NCBI GenBank assembly: GCA_903885795.1 | Contig: CAISJV010000052.1 | Coordinates: forward strand, 4,592-68,591 | DNA: 64,000 bases | Reading direction: 5' to 3' | From: an uncultured delta proteobacterium | Lineage (GTDB): Bacteria; Desulfobacterota; Syntrophia; Syntrophales; UBA8958 | In this document: one piece after another, positions 34,894 through 43,110 of the stretch | How the letters are laid out: every line of letters begins with the position of its first letter | How positions within the stretch are numbered: the stretch's first letter is position 1 | Notes under the pieces: model-generated | What the model was told of the DNA's origin: nothing | The model's input: the letters and a program-made list of their open reading frames with translations, nothing else | Database searches by the model: none | Program-made: the position numbers and the translations under genes

Positions 34894-37800
34894 CTATTGA
34901 AACTTCACTAAAGCCTCCCTAGCCCTATTCAAAAATGGGCCGGCATTGCATTTCTCAAATACCTCCACAGATCTAAAAATACACTGACGGCCTTTCTGAG
35001 TTTGCCCTTTTAACCTGTACAAGAACCCCAAATCAAAATAAGTCTCTCCCAGAAGGTTTTTGGCACCGATCTCTTGCGCCATCTCGATTGCCTTCAGAAA
35101 ATGGGATTCCGCCTTTTTGAAAGCAAAAGGAAGGGTTTTAATCAGGAATCCAAAGTTTTTTAGCAGGAACGAAAGGCCGGAATTTTTATTCTCTCCTGCT
35201 CCCGGGACAAGCTGGGTATAAATCTGCCCCAGGATGTGTTTGCAGACCACATAACGGTACTTCAGTCCGCAATCGTGATATTCCCGTGTGACTTCCTCTA
35301 TCATTGCCACGCCATTTTCTAGGTCCCCGTTAATGACCGTGATTATTCCCGAATACAACTTGGCTACCGTACCATGAGGAAATGAATGACATGTGTCTGT
35401 CAATACTGTCAATTCATCAAGAATTTTTTGTGCGTCCTGGTATTTACCTGCAGCGACACACGACATTCCCCATATCGTTGTTGCTGTGATTTTTATCAAA
35501 GGGTCCAAAGCAAAGTGGTAAGATTTCTTTATGTTATCTATCGCAGACAGAAAATCACCGGAGACAAGGTCGGAAAACGTAAGGCAGAGATAACCATCGG
35601 ACAGGCATTCACTTCGTAAGTGCATTTTTGCGAACTCAAGGATCCTTTCCCCTATTTCCTTGGACTCAACAACATCTCCCCTGAAATAGCGGGCGAACCC
35701 GATATAGAAAGAGATATGTCGAAAGAAATCCGGATCGGTTTTATATGATTCAAGCTCCTGTGCCTTCCTGCCGCATTCAATTGCCTCGTCCAGCATGCCA
35801 AGGTCAGCGTAGCACCAAGGGAGGAAAGTATACGCAGAAGCTATGACCTTTTCGTTGCCGATCTGCTCGCCTATTTCGAGGGCCTTCCTTAAATAACTTA
35901 GCGCTTCGGGCAGCTTATTGCTCCAGTTCATGGCTGCCCCGATCCGCGCATAGAACATACCCGACCTCTCTCCATCTCCCAGAGAGATGACCATAGACTC
36001 ATGATCTTTCAGCAAGTCTATGAGCTCATAGAAATGGCAACGGCGGTAAAAAATAACAGCCCATTGGATGAGTATGTCGACTAGGAGGGCAGTTTCCTCC
36101 TTGGAACGTTCGGAAATACCTTTAACGATATTAAAGGCTTCTTTATAATGCTGGTGGGCTTCGTCCAGGGCGTACCGGGCAAGGCTCTTCTCGGCCGACT
36201 TTACGAGGTATTCAACTGCCTTTGTACCGGATGGACCATTCTTGTAATGAAAAGCCAGAGACTCGTAGAAGTCAGAGAGCCTTTCCTGGAATAATTCCTC
36301 CATTACCCGACCGGTTTTTTCATGTATCCTCTGTCGCTCTTTTTTAAGCAGCTCATTATATACCACTTCCTGAGTAATCACATGCTTGAAGATGTATTCC
36401 AGGTTGGGCTCAACCGCTTTGGTCTGTATAAGATCCATCCGCTCCAGCCCTGAGAGGCTCTCGTCAATGTGCTCTTTGAGCTCCGTGGTACGCTTCAGTA
36501 TATCATACGGGAAAGACCTTCCGATTACCGAAGCCTCTTGAAGGATCTTCTTGGTGAATGGTTCTAATCGGTCAAGGCGCGCCGAAATCACCCCCTGCAC
36601 GGTAGGAGGAATGTTTTCCGTCAATATGGGTTTGTCCACGCACCATTTGCCGTTCCTTTTCACCAGGGCATTTGTTTCGAGAAGAGATACAACGATTTCC
36701 TCGATGTAAAAGGGGTTTCCTTCCATCTTACTCAGGACGTAATTCTTTAGTTCAGCAGGAATGTCCTTTGATTTCAGAATGGACTCCACCATTTTCTGTG
36801 CATCTTCAGGTTTAAGGTCCTTGAGCACGATCTCTTGAGTTTTACCAGTAAATGTGCTGAAGGCTGGGCGGGATACGCATAAAAACAAAGCTGGATGCTG
36901 ATGGCCAAAGATAATGCTCTTCAACAGCTCGATTGAGGAGGGATCGGCCCAATGGAGGTCCTCTATGCAGATTATAGTCGGCCCTCTCCGGCACAGATTA
37001 GCAATTATCTCATTTACGGCCTCGTATAGCCCTGCTTTCCGCGATTCGGGGCTAATCCGATCAAATTCTGGATGCTGGATGGAATAGAGACTTGACACAT
37101 AAGGGACAATATCCTCTTTCGCCCCCATCAGCGATCTTATCGAGAATACCACCTTGTTTTTAATGTTTTCTAGCAGATCACCCTCTTTAATATTCCATGC
37201 ACGACTCAGCAGGTCCGTCAATGGGTAATAGGTTGTGTTTTGGGTATATGTGTAACAATGCCCTTCAAACCACTGGATTTCGTGTGGGATCAGGGATGAC
37301 TTAAACTCCTCAACAAGACGGCTTTTGCCTGTTCCGACATCGCCAATTATCGAGATGATTGAACCCTTCCCCTTTTTGAGCTTTTCAACAGCGTCCGACA
37401 ATTGAGCCATTTCCGAATCACGGCCGATCAAGGCCGCCCTGAATTCTGGCTTCCCGTGTGTTTTTACCGGCTCTTTTTTAGCGGACAGAACCCTGTAAAT
37501 CTGCACCGTCTCTGTTTTGCCTTTGAGAATTGTTGGCTCAAACTTTTCGAAATCGAAGTATCCTTCCGTTTGCCTGTGAGTTTCCGGCCCTACAACAATT
37601 TGGTCCGCTTTAGCCATAGCCGCAAGCCGGGAAGCAACGTTGATTGCATCGCCGAGGACACCGTGGGTACCGTGTTTTAGGCTGACTCCACCTGTAACGA
37701 CAGGGCCGGTGTTGATGCCTGTATGCATTGCAAACGGCTGCCCGTTATTTTCAACAGGGGACTTTAAACCTTTTATTAATTCATGTATCTCTAAGGCGGC

Positions 37801-38160
37801 TTTGATTGCCCTTACAGGATCATCCTCATGGGACTCAATTGCACCGAAAAGAGCCATCGTTCCATCCCCGATAAACTTTTCAACGAAACCACCGTACTTT
37901 ACAACTAAACGGGCAGTCTCTCCGAAAATTCCGGTCATTATTGCCTTTAGTTCTTCAGGGTCGAGTTTTTCGGACAAAGATGTATAGCCGGAAAGGTCGC
38001 AAAACAATGCCGTTACAAATTTGCGCTTGCCTTCTGCTACAGGATGGGAGGCGGCTTTTTCCTGGACGGATAGATCTGTAAAACTTCTACCGCAATGATC
38101 ACAGAAATTTGCCGAATCCCGATTTTCGAATTTACACCCCGGGCATAGCACCATCTTCAC
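34894..38160 (-). CDS. Zinc-ribbon / class III adenylate-guanylate cyclase / AAA(STAND) ATPase / TPR multidomain protein (1088 aa)
   Basis: CPGCKFEN...FCDHCG. Cyclase core FVTALFCDLSGYTSL...KFIGDGTMALFG...GDAINVASRL. P-loop GDVGTGKSRL. The long C-terminal region is TPR-like helical repeats. The start is GTG. Confidence 0.85.
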   Translation of the reverse strand: MKMVLCPGCKFENRDSANFCDHCGRSFTDLSVQEKAASHPVAEGKRKFVTALFCDLSGYTSLSEKLDPEELKAIMTGIFGETARLVVKYGGFVEKFIGDGTMALFGAIESHEDDPVRAIKAALEIHELIKGLKSPVENNGQPFAMHTGINTGPVVTGGVSLKHGTHGVLGDAINVASRLAAMAKADQIVVGPETHRQTEGYFDFEKFEPTILKGKTETVQIYRVLSAKKEPVKTHGKPEFRAALIGRDSEMAQLSDAVEKLKKGKGSIISIIGDVGTGKSRLVEEFKSSLIPHEIQWFEGHCYTYTQNTTYYPLTDLLSRAWNIKEGDLLENIKNKVVFSIRSLMGAKEDIVPYVSSLYSIQHPEFDRISPESRKAGLYEAVNEIIANLCRRGPTIICIEDLHWADPSSIELLKSIIFGHQHPALFLCVSRPAFSTFTGKTQEIVLKDLKPEDAQKMVESILKSKDIPAELKNYVLSKMEGNPFYIEEIVVSLLETNALVKRNGKWCVDKPILTENIPPTVQGVISARLDRLEPFTKKILQEASVIGRSFPYDILKRTTELKEHIDESLSGLERMDLIQTKAVEPNLEYIFKHVITQEVVYNELLKKERQRIHEKTGRVMEELFQERLSDFYESLAFHYKNGPSGTKAVEYLVKSAEKSLARYALDEAHQHYKEAFNIVKGISERSKEETALLVDILIQWAVIFYRRCHFYELIDLLKDHESMVISLGDGERSGMFYARIGAAMNWSNKLPEALSYLRKALEIGEQIGNEKVIASAYTFLPWCYADLGMLDEAIECGRKAQELESYKTDPDFFRHISFYIGFARYFRGDVVESKEIGERILEFAKMHLRSECLSDGYLCLTFSDLVSGDFLSAIDNIKKSYHFALDPLIKITATTIWGMSCVAAGKYQDAQKILDELTVLTDTCHSFPHGTVAKLYSGIITVINGDLENGVAMIEEVTREYHDCGLKYRYVVCKHILGQIYTQLVPGAGENKNSGLSFLLKNFGFLIKTLPFAFKKAESHFLKAIEMAQEIGAKNLLGETYFDLGFLYRLKGQTQKGRQCIFRSVEVFEKCNAGPFLNRAREALVKFQ

Positions 38161-38447
38161 CGACCGGTTCAGATTTGAAAAGCTGTTTTAATCCCGCGGC
38201 AATTGAACATAACCACTTCTTTGCCACAATGCCTGCATTGAGGGCAAATCGATGCCCAGAATGGCTCTATTTAGTCACCGGAGTAATAATTTGGCAAATA
38301 ATTATTTTTAAATTATGTGTTTGATACACGCCGGACGACGTAAAATATTAATAGACAAATTGTCAAGGATATTTTACATTACTAAACAGATCACACTATA
38401 AAAAGCAGTTAGTAAGGAAGATATTAAAATGATCAGGAGCTTATATT

Positions 38448-39137
38448 ATGGATGACGCAGATTCGCCAAGCAGGCCGCTGAAAACCCCAAACCCCAAACT
38501 GGTTGACTATCACAGATTGAAGAACGAAATGCTCACTGGTGACCTGCTGCAATGGAAGAAAGATGCTTGTTCAAGGTGGGTTTACCGTGGGCTAATTGGT
38601 TCACAAGTTGACCATTCATCCCTGATCATCCGTTTTAAAGAGTATGAAAATGCCGTTAGTCAAATTGAAACTTATGAAAAGAGCTCAAATCCCACAAGAA
38701 GAGACATCTACAATATGGAAGAAACTTGGATAAAAGGCGCGCACCTGGATCTGCTGTCCCACTTGCTGGAGGGATATGATGGAGAAGTCTGGCTTTACCG
38801 ACTGAAGGACGATTGGAGTCCCGGCGAAAGAAAGAAGATAGGAATAGCGCTCCTTGAACACGTGGGAACGCCTTTTGATGCGTGGTCAGTGCTAAAGAAT
38901 TTCATTTTTAATATTTGTCGACGTTTTATCACGAATATCCGATTCCGCCATGATTGGAGGGTAGAGGAGCGCAGACTTTTTTGTTCCGAGTATTGCTATC
39001 TGGCATATAAGTCCGCGAGGGGAGACCTTATCGTCGATAAAGATTTAGAGATTGTGTTTAGAGGACCACCTCATCCCATGGACCTCCCCAAACTCGGAAT
39101 TTTTATGGAACCAATAAAATTATATCCTTCAAAATAG
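38448..39137 (+). CDS. Hypothetical protein, possible permuted papain-fold (YiiX / peptidase C92-like) amidase
   Basis: GDLLQW...GSQVDHSSLII (His block) precedes ...RLFCSEYCYLAYK (Cys block), which is the permuted order. Assignment is from motif memory only. Confidence 0.4.
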   Translation: MDDADSPSRPLKTPNPKLVDYHRLKNEMLTGDLLQWKKDACSRWVYRGLIGSQVDHSSLIIRFKEYENAVSQIETYEKSSNPTRRDIYNMEETWIKGAHLDLLSHLLEGYDGEVWLYRLKDDWSPGERKKIGIALLEHVGTPFDAWSVLKNFIFNICRRFITNIRFRHDWRVEERRLFCSEYCYLAYKSARGDLIVDKDLEIVFRGPPHPMDLPKLGIFMEPIKLYPSK

Positions 39138-39152
39138 CAGATGGTAATTCCC

Positions 39153-40628
39153 TTACCTGGCTTCCATGATTTTCTTATAAATGGCCGTCGTCAGTGCTTC
39201 CGGCTCCGTGTCCAGTCCCTCCCAGAGCGCTTTCCGGCAATCTTTGTAGGCCTTTATGGCTTCCCCTTGCATATGTCTGTTCGAGTAAAGTGTCATCAGC
39301 CGCTGGTAAACCTGCTCTGAAAGGGGATCGATTTGAATGATCTTTTTGTAACATTCGATGGCTATCTTTGAGGTGCCGCGTTTTTCCTGGATGCCGGCTA
39401 TCCTGAATAAAAGATTGATATAAAGTTTTCGCAATTCTTCTCTCTTTGCATCAATCCACGAAGTGTAAAGCTCTTCGGAAAGGAAATCGCCCTTATAAAG
39501 ATCCAGGGCGTTGTTGTAAAGGAAAAGAGCCGCCTCCGTGTCTCCCTCCCTTTCCTTCTTTTCACCTCGTCGGCAAAATGACAAAAAATCATCGAGATCG
39601 GTTTTGCATAATTCCTCATCCAGATACATTACATTAGCCTTGAGGTAGACGTATGAGGATCCAAAGGCCTTGTCCATTTCAGGCTCCAATACTTTTCTCA
39701 AGCGGTGCAGGGTTATCTTGAGATTCCTTTCTCCTGATTGAGCTGTGACCTCCGGCCAGAGAGCCTCTATGATCTGATCTTTAGGCACCTGACGCGACCC
39801 ATAGGTGACAATGGCCTTTAAGAGAAACTTGGGCAGGTGGCCGCCCCACTCTCTTTCTTCCATGACAGTCAGGCCGCGATAGAGGCGAAACCCCCCTAAG
39901 GTCTCTATGTTTATCCGGCAAAGACCGGAACGATATATCGCTTGTCTGACTTTCATCGCCTTCCTTAAAGCCTTTGCGTCTTTAGGGTCCCCAGAGCTCG
40001 CATTATTATTCTGAAGATCGAAGTCGGGAGGTAACTGGAAAGGTTCATCCTTTTCCTGTTTCCCGGCCCCCTCTTTCTTTGTGAGCCGAGGCAGCATGGA
40101 TTGAAGGTATGAGAAGGCTTGAGACAGTTGACGGTTTTTTCTGTCCAGCTCCGCTAACATTTTTGCTTCGGAGGTACGCATCCTCTGACTGAGTATCCGT
40201 GCCATTGCATAGCCGATAGAAGGGCATTGATGAATCAGCCCATCCAGGGCTTCCCGGGTCATTTCCAACAACCGCACCGATGAACCCGTGCGCACGCTTG
40301 CGCTGCGCGACCTGTCGGGAGTGAGCAGGCACATCTCGCCCACATAATCGCCGGGATCACAAATGTTCACCAATTGCTCATCGGGAGTGCCCAGGGCTTT
40401 GATGATTTCCAACTGCCCCTCTAGGATAATGTAGAACCGGTCGCCGTGATCTCCCTCACGAAAGAGGATTGTATCCTCGGGAAATACAAGTTGCCGCAGG
40501 ACAGCTATCAAATTTTTTATTTCACGTTTCGGAAGCGGGGACAGTAATGGGTTTTGGGAAATTAACTTTTCGTACATTACACTACGGCGCCGGTTGAGAT
40601 GTATCACTTTGGTCATTCCTCCCGCCAT
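39153..40628 (-). CDS. cNMP-binding domain + SARP/BTAD (winged-helix + TPR-like) transcriptional regulator
   Basis: ...FPEDTILFREGDHGDRFYIILEGQLEI...GEMCLL...RSASV... (cNMP domain). Then ...IETLGGFRLYRG...EALWPE...NLKITLHRLRKVLE... (OmpR/SARP wHTH) and ...YKGDFL....W....RE.L...Y... (BTAD). The start is uncertain (40628 or 40577). The ORF-track 5' extension is rejected. Confidence 0.75.
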   Translation of the reverse strand: MAGGMTKVIHLNRRRSVMYEKLISQNPLLSPLPKREIKNLIAVLRQLVFPEDTILFREGDHGDRFYIILEGQLEIIKALGTPDEQLVNICDPGDYVGEMCLLTPDRSRSASVRTGSSVRLLEMTREALDGLIHQCPSIGYAMARILSQRMRTSEAKMLAELDRKNRQLSQAFSYLQSMLPRLTKKEGAGKQEKDEPFQLPPDFDLQNNNASSGDPKDAKALRKAMKVRQAIYRSGLCRINIETLGGFRLYRGLTVMEEREWGGHLPKFLLKAIVTYGSRQVPKDQIIEALWPEVTAQSGERNLKITLHRLRKVLEPEMDKAFGSSYVYLKANVMYLDEELCKTDLDDFLSFCRRGEKKEREGDTEAALFLYNNALDLYKGDFLSEELYTSWIDAKREELRKLYINLLFRIAGIQEKRGTSKIAIECYKKIIQIDPLSEQVYQRLMTLYSNRHMQGEAIKAYKDCRKALWEGLDTEPEALTTAIYKKIMEAR

Positions 40629-41016
40629 CTTCTTGTCCCACCGCGTGTGGAATCGTAAGACATGAAATCTCCTGTTTACATGCGTAAACATACCATAATT
40701 TGCATCAGTGGAAAGATTTTTTTTCTTCGCAGATGATCGCAAAGGCATGGTTATCTGAACGGTGCTTTCGGTGCAAATATGTTCCCGTTTTTGCAGCAAG
40801 GTATTTTTTGAAAGCATGCCGGGCCTGCTCGCCGTTTCCAAATCGAAATCTGTAGCAAGCCCTCCGTACCGCTGCCAAAAGGGATAAATAAATATTTTCC
40901 GCCACTCCCATTTTGGCCTGTACGTTAATCTGCAATATCATCAAATAGTTAACATCGCATAAGTATTTTGTTCGCCCGTTTTTAGAGTAACCATTTATTA
41001 ACCTTGGCTATGTTAC

Positions 41017-41067
41017 TTCCTCTCCGCAGGCAGATGAACGGCGCCTTCTCCTGCAGGCAAAGAGGAA
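41017..41067. promoter_or_regulatory. Nested inverted/direct repeat region upstream of small-protein gene P1
   Basis: TTCCTCT...AGAGGAA encloses GCAGG...CCTGC. It can also be read as direct repeats TCTCCGCAGGCA / TCTCCTGCAGGCA about 27 nt apart. Confidence 0.3.
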
Positions 41068-41118
41068 CTAACCCGCAATAGGGGTTTGGGGAAAAGTAAT
41101 CTCAGATAAACACTTTAA

Positions 41119-41492
41119 ATCTATCCATGGGAGGGACACAATGCTTACACATGACAATGTTGCCAAAAAAAAGACGGAAGTTTTTAATAAGATTGAAGAC
41201 GCAGCGAGAAGAGGCGATGTTCAGAGAGTTGTTTACGCTGTCGAAACCCTGAAAGACATCGAAAAACAAAGCAGAAGGCTTGATAGCTCTCAAAAATATC
41301 GCATAGACGCCGGATTTGTTCTCTGATTTCCGCAGTTCCTCGCGGATTCACGGCGGGAACCAATTCGACGACACAATTGCTTCAAGGTGCTGTCAAACGG
41401 GGTCGGAGTAGCGCCACCCGACCCCACCTCCTAAAAAAATAGGAGGGGCGCCTAAATCGGGAAGAATTGGAGGTAATAAGGAGGGATATAAC
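41119..41492 (+). repeat. Segmental duplication copy 1 (RBS + P1 gene + ~165-nt conserved 3' flank)
   Basis: Aligns end to end with 41818-42187. I counted about 10 percent nt divergence in the CDS and about 7 percent in the first 99 nt of the flank. Confidence 0.9.
41141..41326 (+). CDS. Small helical protein P1 (61 aa), novel paralog family
   Basis: GGGAGGG RBS. MLTHDNVAKKKTEVFNKIEDAARRGDVQRVVYAVETLKDIEKQSRRLDSSQKYRIDAGFVL. It is 87 percent identical to P3, with 9 synonymous codon differences. Confidence 0.75.
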   Translation: MLTHDNVAKKKTEVFNKIEDAARRGDVQRVVYAVETLKDIEKQSRRLDSSQKYRIDAGFVL

Positions 41493-41636
41493 CTGCCAAG
41501 TGTTAAGTCTCTTCGCACGAACCGAATAAAGGCTTTTTTTATGCGAAGCGATTCAGGACTGACGGGCTTTGGTGCGGACGCTTCAGAGGACTGTTAATCA
41601 GAAAAAACATCCAACACATGAAAGGGAGGGGACAAA

Positions 41637-41804
41637 ATGGAGAAACTTTTACAAGCAAAAATGGATGCTCTTAAAAAGATTGAAGAAGCGGTGAAAAGAG
41701 GGGACTCCCAATCGGTCATTCACAACGCAAGGACGATTGAGAGCGTTGAAAGGAAGTGTAGGCAGATGGAAAATGAGGAGGTTGTCAGGTGGGGAGTTTC
41801 TTGA
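41637..41804 (+). CDS. Small helical protein P2 (55 aa; below ORF-track cutoff), divergent paralog of P1/P3
   Basis: Hand translation gives MEKLLQAKMDALKKIEEAVKRGDSQSVIHNARTIESVERKCRQMENEEVVRWGVS*. RBS AAGGGAGGGG. It aligns with P1/P3 (KKIE-A-RGD-Q-V...TI...E...). Confidence 0.65.
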   Translation: MEKLLQAKMDALKKIEEAVKRGDSQSVIHNARTIESVERKCRQMENEEVVRWGVS

Positions 41805-41817
41805 AAATGCACGAAAG

Positions 41818-42187
41818 ATCTATTCACAGGAGGGATACAATGCTTTCACATGACAATATTGCCCAAAAGAAGACGGAAGTTTTTAAAAAGATTGAAGACG
41901 CGGCAAGAAGGGGCGACGTGCAGAGAGTTGTTTATGCCGTCGAAACCATAAAAGACATCGAAAAACAAAGCAGAAGGCTTGATAACGCTCAAAAATACGA
42001 CATAGACGCCGGATTTGTTCTCTGATTTCCGCAGTTCCTGGCGGATTCACGGCGGGAACCAATTCGACGACACAATTGTATCGCGGTGTTGTCAAACGGG
42101 GTCGGGGTAGCGCCACCCGACCCCACCTCCTAAAAAAGGTGATCGCCCAAATCAGGAAGAGTTGGGGATGATGAGGAAAGATATAAC
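41818..42187 (+). repeat. Segmental duplication copy 2 (RBS + P3 gene + conserved 3' flank)
   Basis: See copy 1. Confidence 0.9.
41840..42025 (+). CDS. Small helical protein P3 (61 aa)
   Basis: AGGAGGGA RBS. MLSHDNIAQKKTEVFKKIEDAARRGDVQRVVYAVETIKDIEKQSRRLDNAQKYDIDAGFVL. It starts 35 nt after P2. The ORF-track start at 41789 overlaps P2. Confidence 0.75.
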   Translation: MLSHDNIAQKKTEVFKKIEDAARRGDVQRVVYAVETIKDIEKQSRRLDNAQKYDIDAGFVL

Positions 42188-42248
42188 GGGGACATTAATG
42201 ATCAATCAAGCCACAAAACAAACGACACGGAAATGAAGGAGAGTCGCA

Positions 42249-42752
42249 ATGTTTGTTCAGGAGCTTTATGGAGCGGATGATTTACAGGATGGGCGCTTGT
42301 TGGATGAAATCTACGATTTCTGGGACCAGCAGGATAAGCGGGCAATTTGGCTGCGTTTTGGATGTTTTCGGCTTCCTAAAAAGGAAGATTATGAAAATAT
42401 ATTTCGTCGGGCCATGATGGTGGTAGTTGTAAGGGACGAATCTGGAAAATTGATCGGTTATTCGGAGGGATGCCGGTGCAGGGACAATGAACGGCACGTG
42501 GAATTGGGGCTGGCCGTCGATAAGGAATATCGGCGCAACGGCGTGGCTATGGAAATGGTGATGACAATGTGTCGGGAATGTTCACACCAGGGCATTGAGA
42601 AGGCAGAGGCTTACATCATGCCTGAAAACCTGACTATGACGGCCCTCGTAAGAAAAATCATGAATATCCTGCCGGTTCGGCTAAAATTCGAGGACGGCAG
42701 TTTTCACGCCCTCATCGATCCAAAGAAGGCCCCAGCGCCGATCGCGTCTTGA
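42249..42752 (+). CDS. GNAT family acetyltransferase (167 aa)
   Basis: ...VELGLAVDKEYRRNGVAMEMVMTMCRECSHQGIEKAEAYIMPEN... is the acetyl-CoA binding core. AAGGAGAG RBS. Confidence 0.7.
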   Translation: MFVQELYGADDLQDGRLLDEIYDFWDQQDKRAIWLRFGCFRLPKKEDYENIFRRAMMVVVVRDESGKLIGYSEGCRCRDNERHVELGLAVDKEYRRNGVAMEMVMTMCRECSHQGIEKAEAYIMPENLTMTALVRKIMNILPVRLKFEDGSFHALIDPKKAPAPIAS

Positions 42753-42987
42753 GGCGTCTGGTCGGACATCAGCGTAGTCGCGCAGTTAAAAATTACTGCA
42801 GGGGTTCATCATTTCTATTCCCTAAGAAACAAGAAGTTGCGCGTAACATAACCACCCAGAAAAATCACCCTTCCAAAGTTGTATTTTTTACCTGTTGTCA
42901 TCAAAATAGTATAGAATCCGTTGAAGTGATATGGAAAGAGCTATTCTCCTTCCATGATGCACAGTCCTTCCACCCATCGAAAAAACT

Positions 42988-43024
42988 CGCCCTAACCCCA
43001 GCCCTCTTCCTGCGGGAGAGGAGA
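42988..43024. repeat. REP-like hairpin (copy E5, divergent)
   Basis: cgccctaaccccagccctcttcctgcgggagaggag. Confidence 0.5.
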
Positions 43025-43078
43025 TTTTGGAACTTTCGAGAACACGTCAAATAACGAAATTTATTGACAAGTGCCGAT

Positions 43079-43110
43079 TTAACAACCCCTGGAATTTTAT
43101 TGGTTGACAA
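43079..43110. promoter_or_regulatory. Candidate BirA operator (bioO)
   Basis: TTAACAACC-N14-GGTTGACAA. The half-sites are 7/9 complementary. The geometry and sequence resemble the TTGTAAACC-N14/15-GGTTTACAA type BirA sites. It overlaps the -35 box. Confidence 0.55.

Noticed and set aside
38181-38290. Cys-rich frame (ICPQCRHCGKEVVMFNCRG) just upstream of the cyclase gene on the minus strand
   Set aside because: It has no start codon (ATG, GTG or TTG) upstream of the Cys motif after the preceding in-frame stop. It is in a different frame from the cyclase. It could be a decayed second zinc ribbon, but the sequence alone cannot support that.
42026-42752. P3 + GNAT as a GNAT-toxin/antitoxin pair (TacT/AtaT-like)
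   Set aside because: Known GNAT toxin systems have a tightly coupled upstream RHH (DUF1778) antitoxin. Here the gap is 224 nt and P3 shows no RHH pattern. A near-identical P1 lacks any GNAT partner. I keep this only as a low-probability alternative.
42749-43110. 101-aa (plus) and 69-aa (minus) ORFs between the GNAT and bioB
   Set aside because: The translation runs through the REP-like hairpin (LALTPALFLRERR) and the bioB promoter/operator. No RBS or motif is present.
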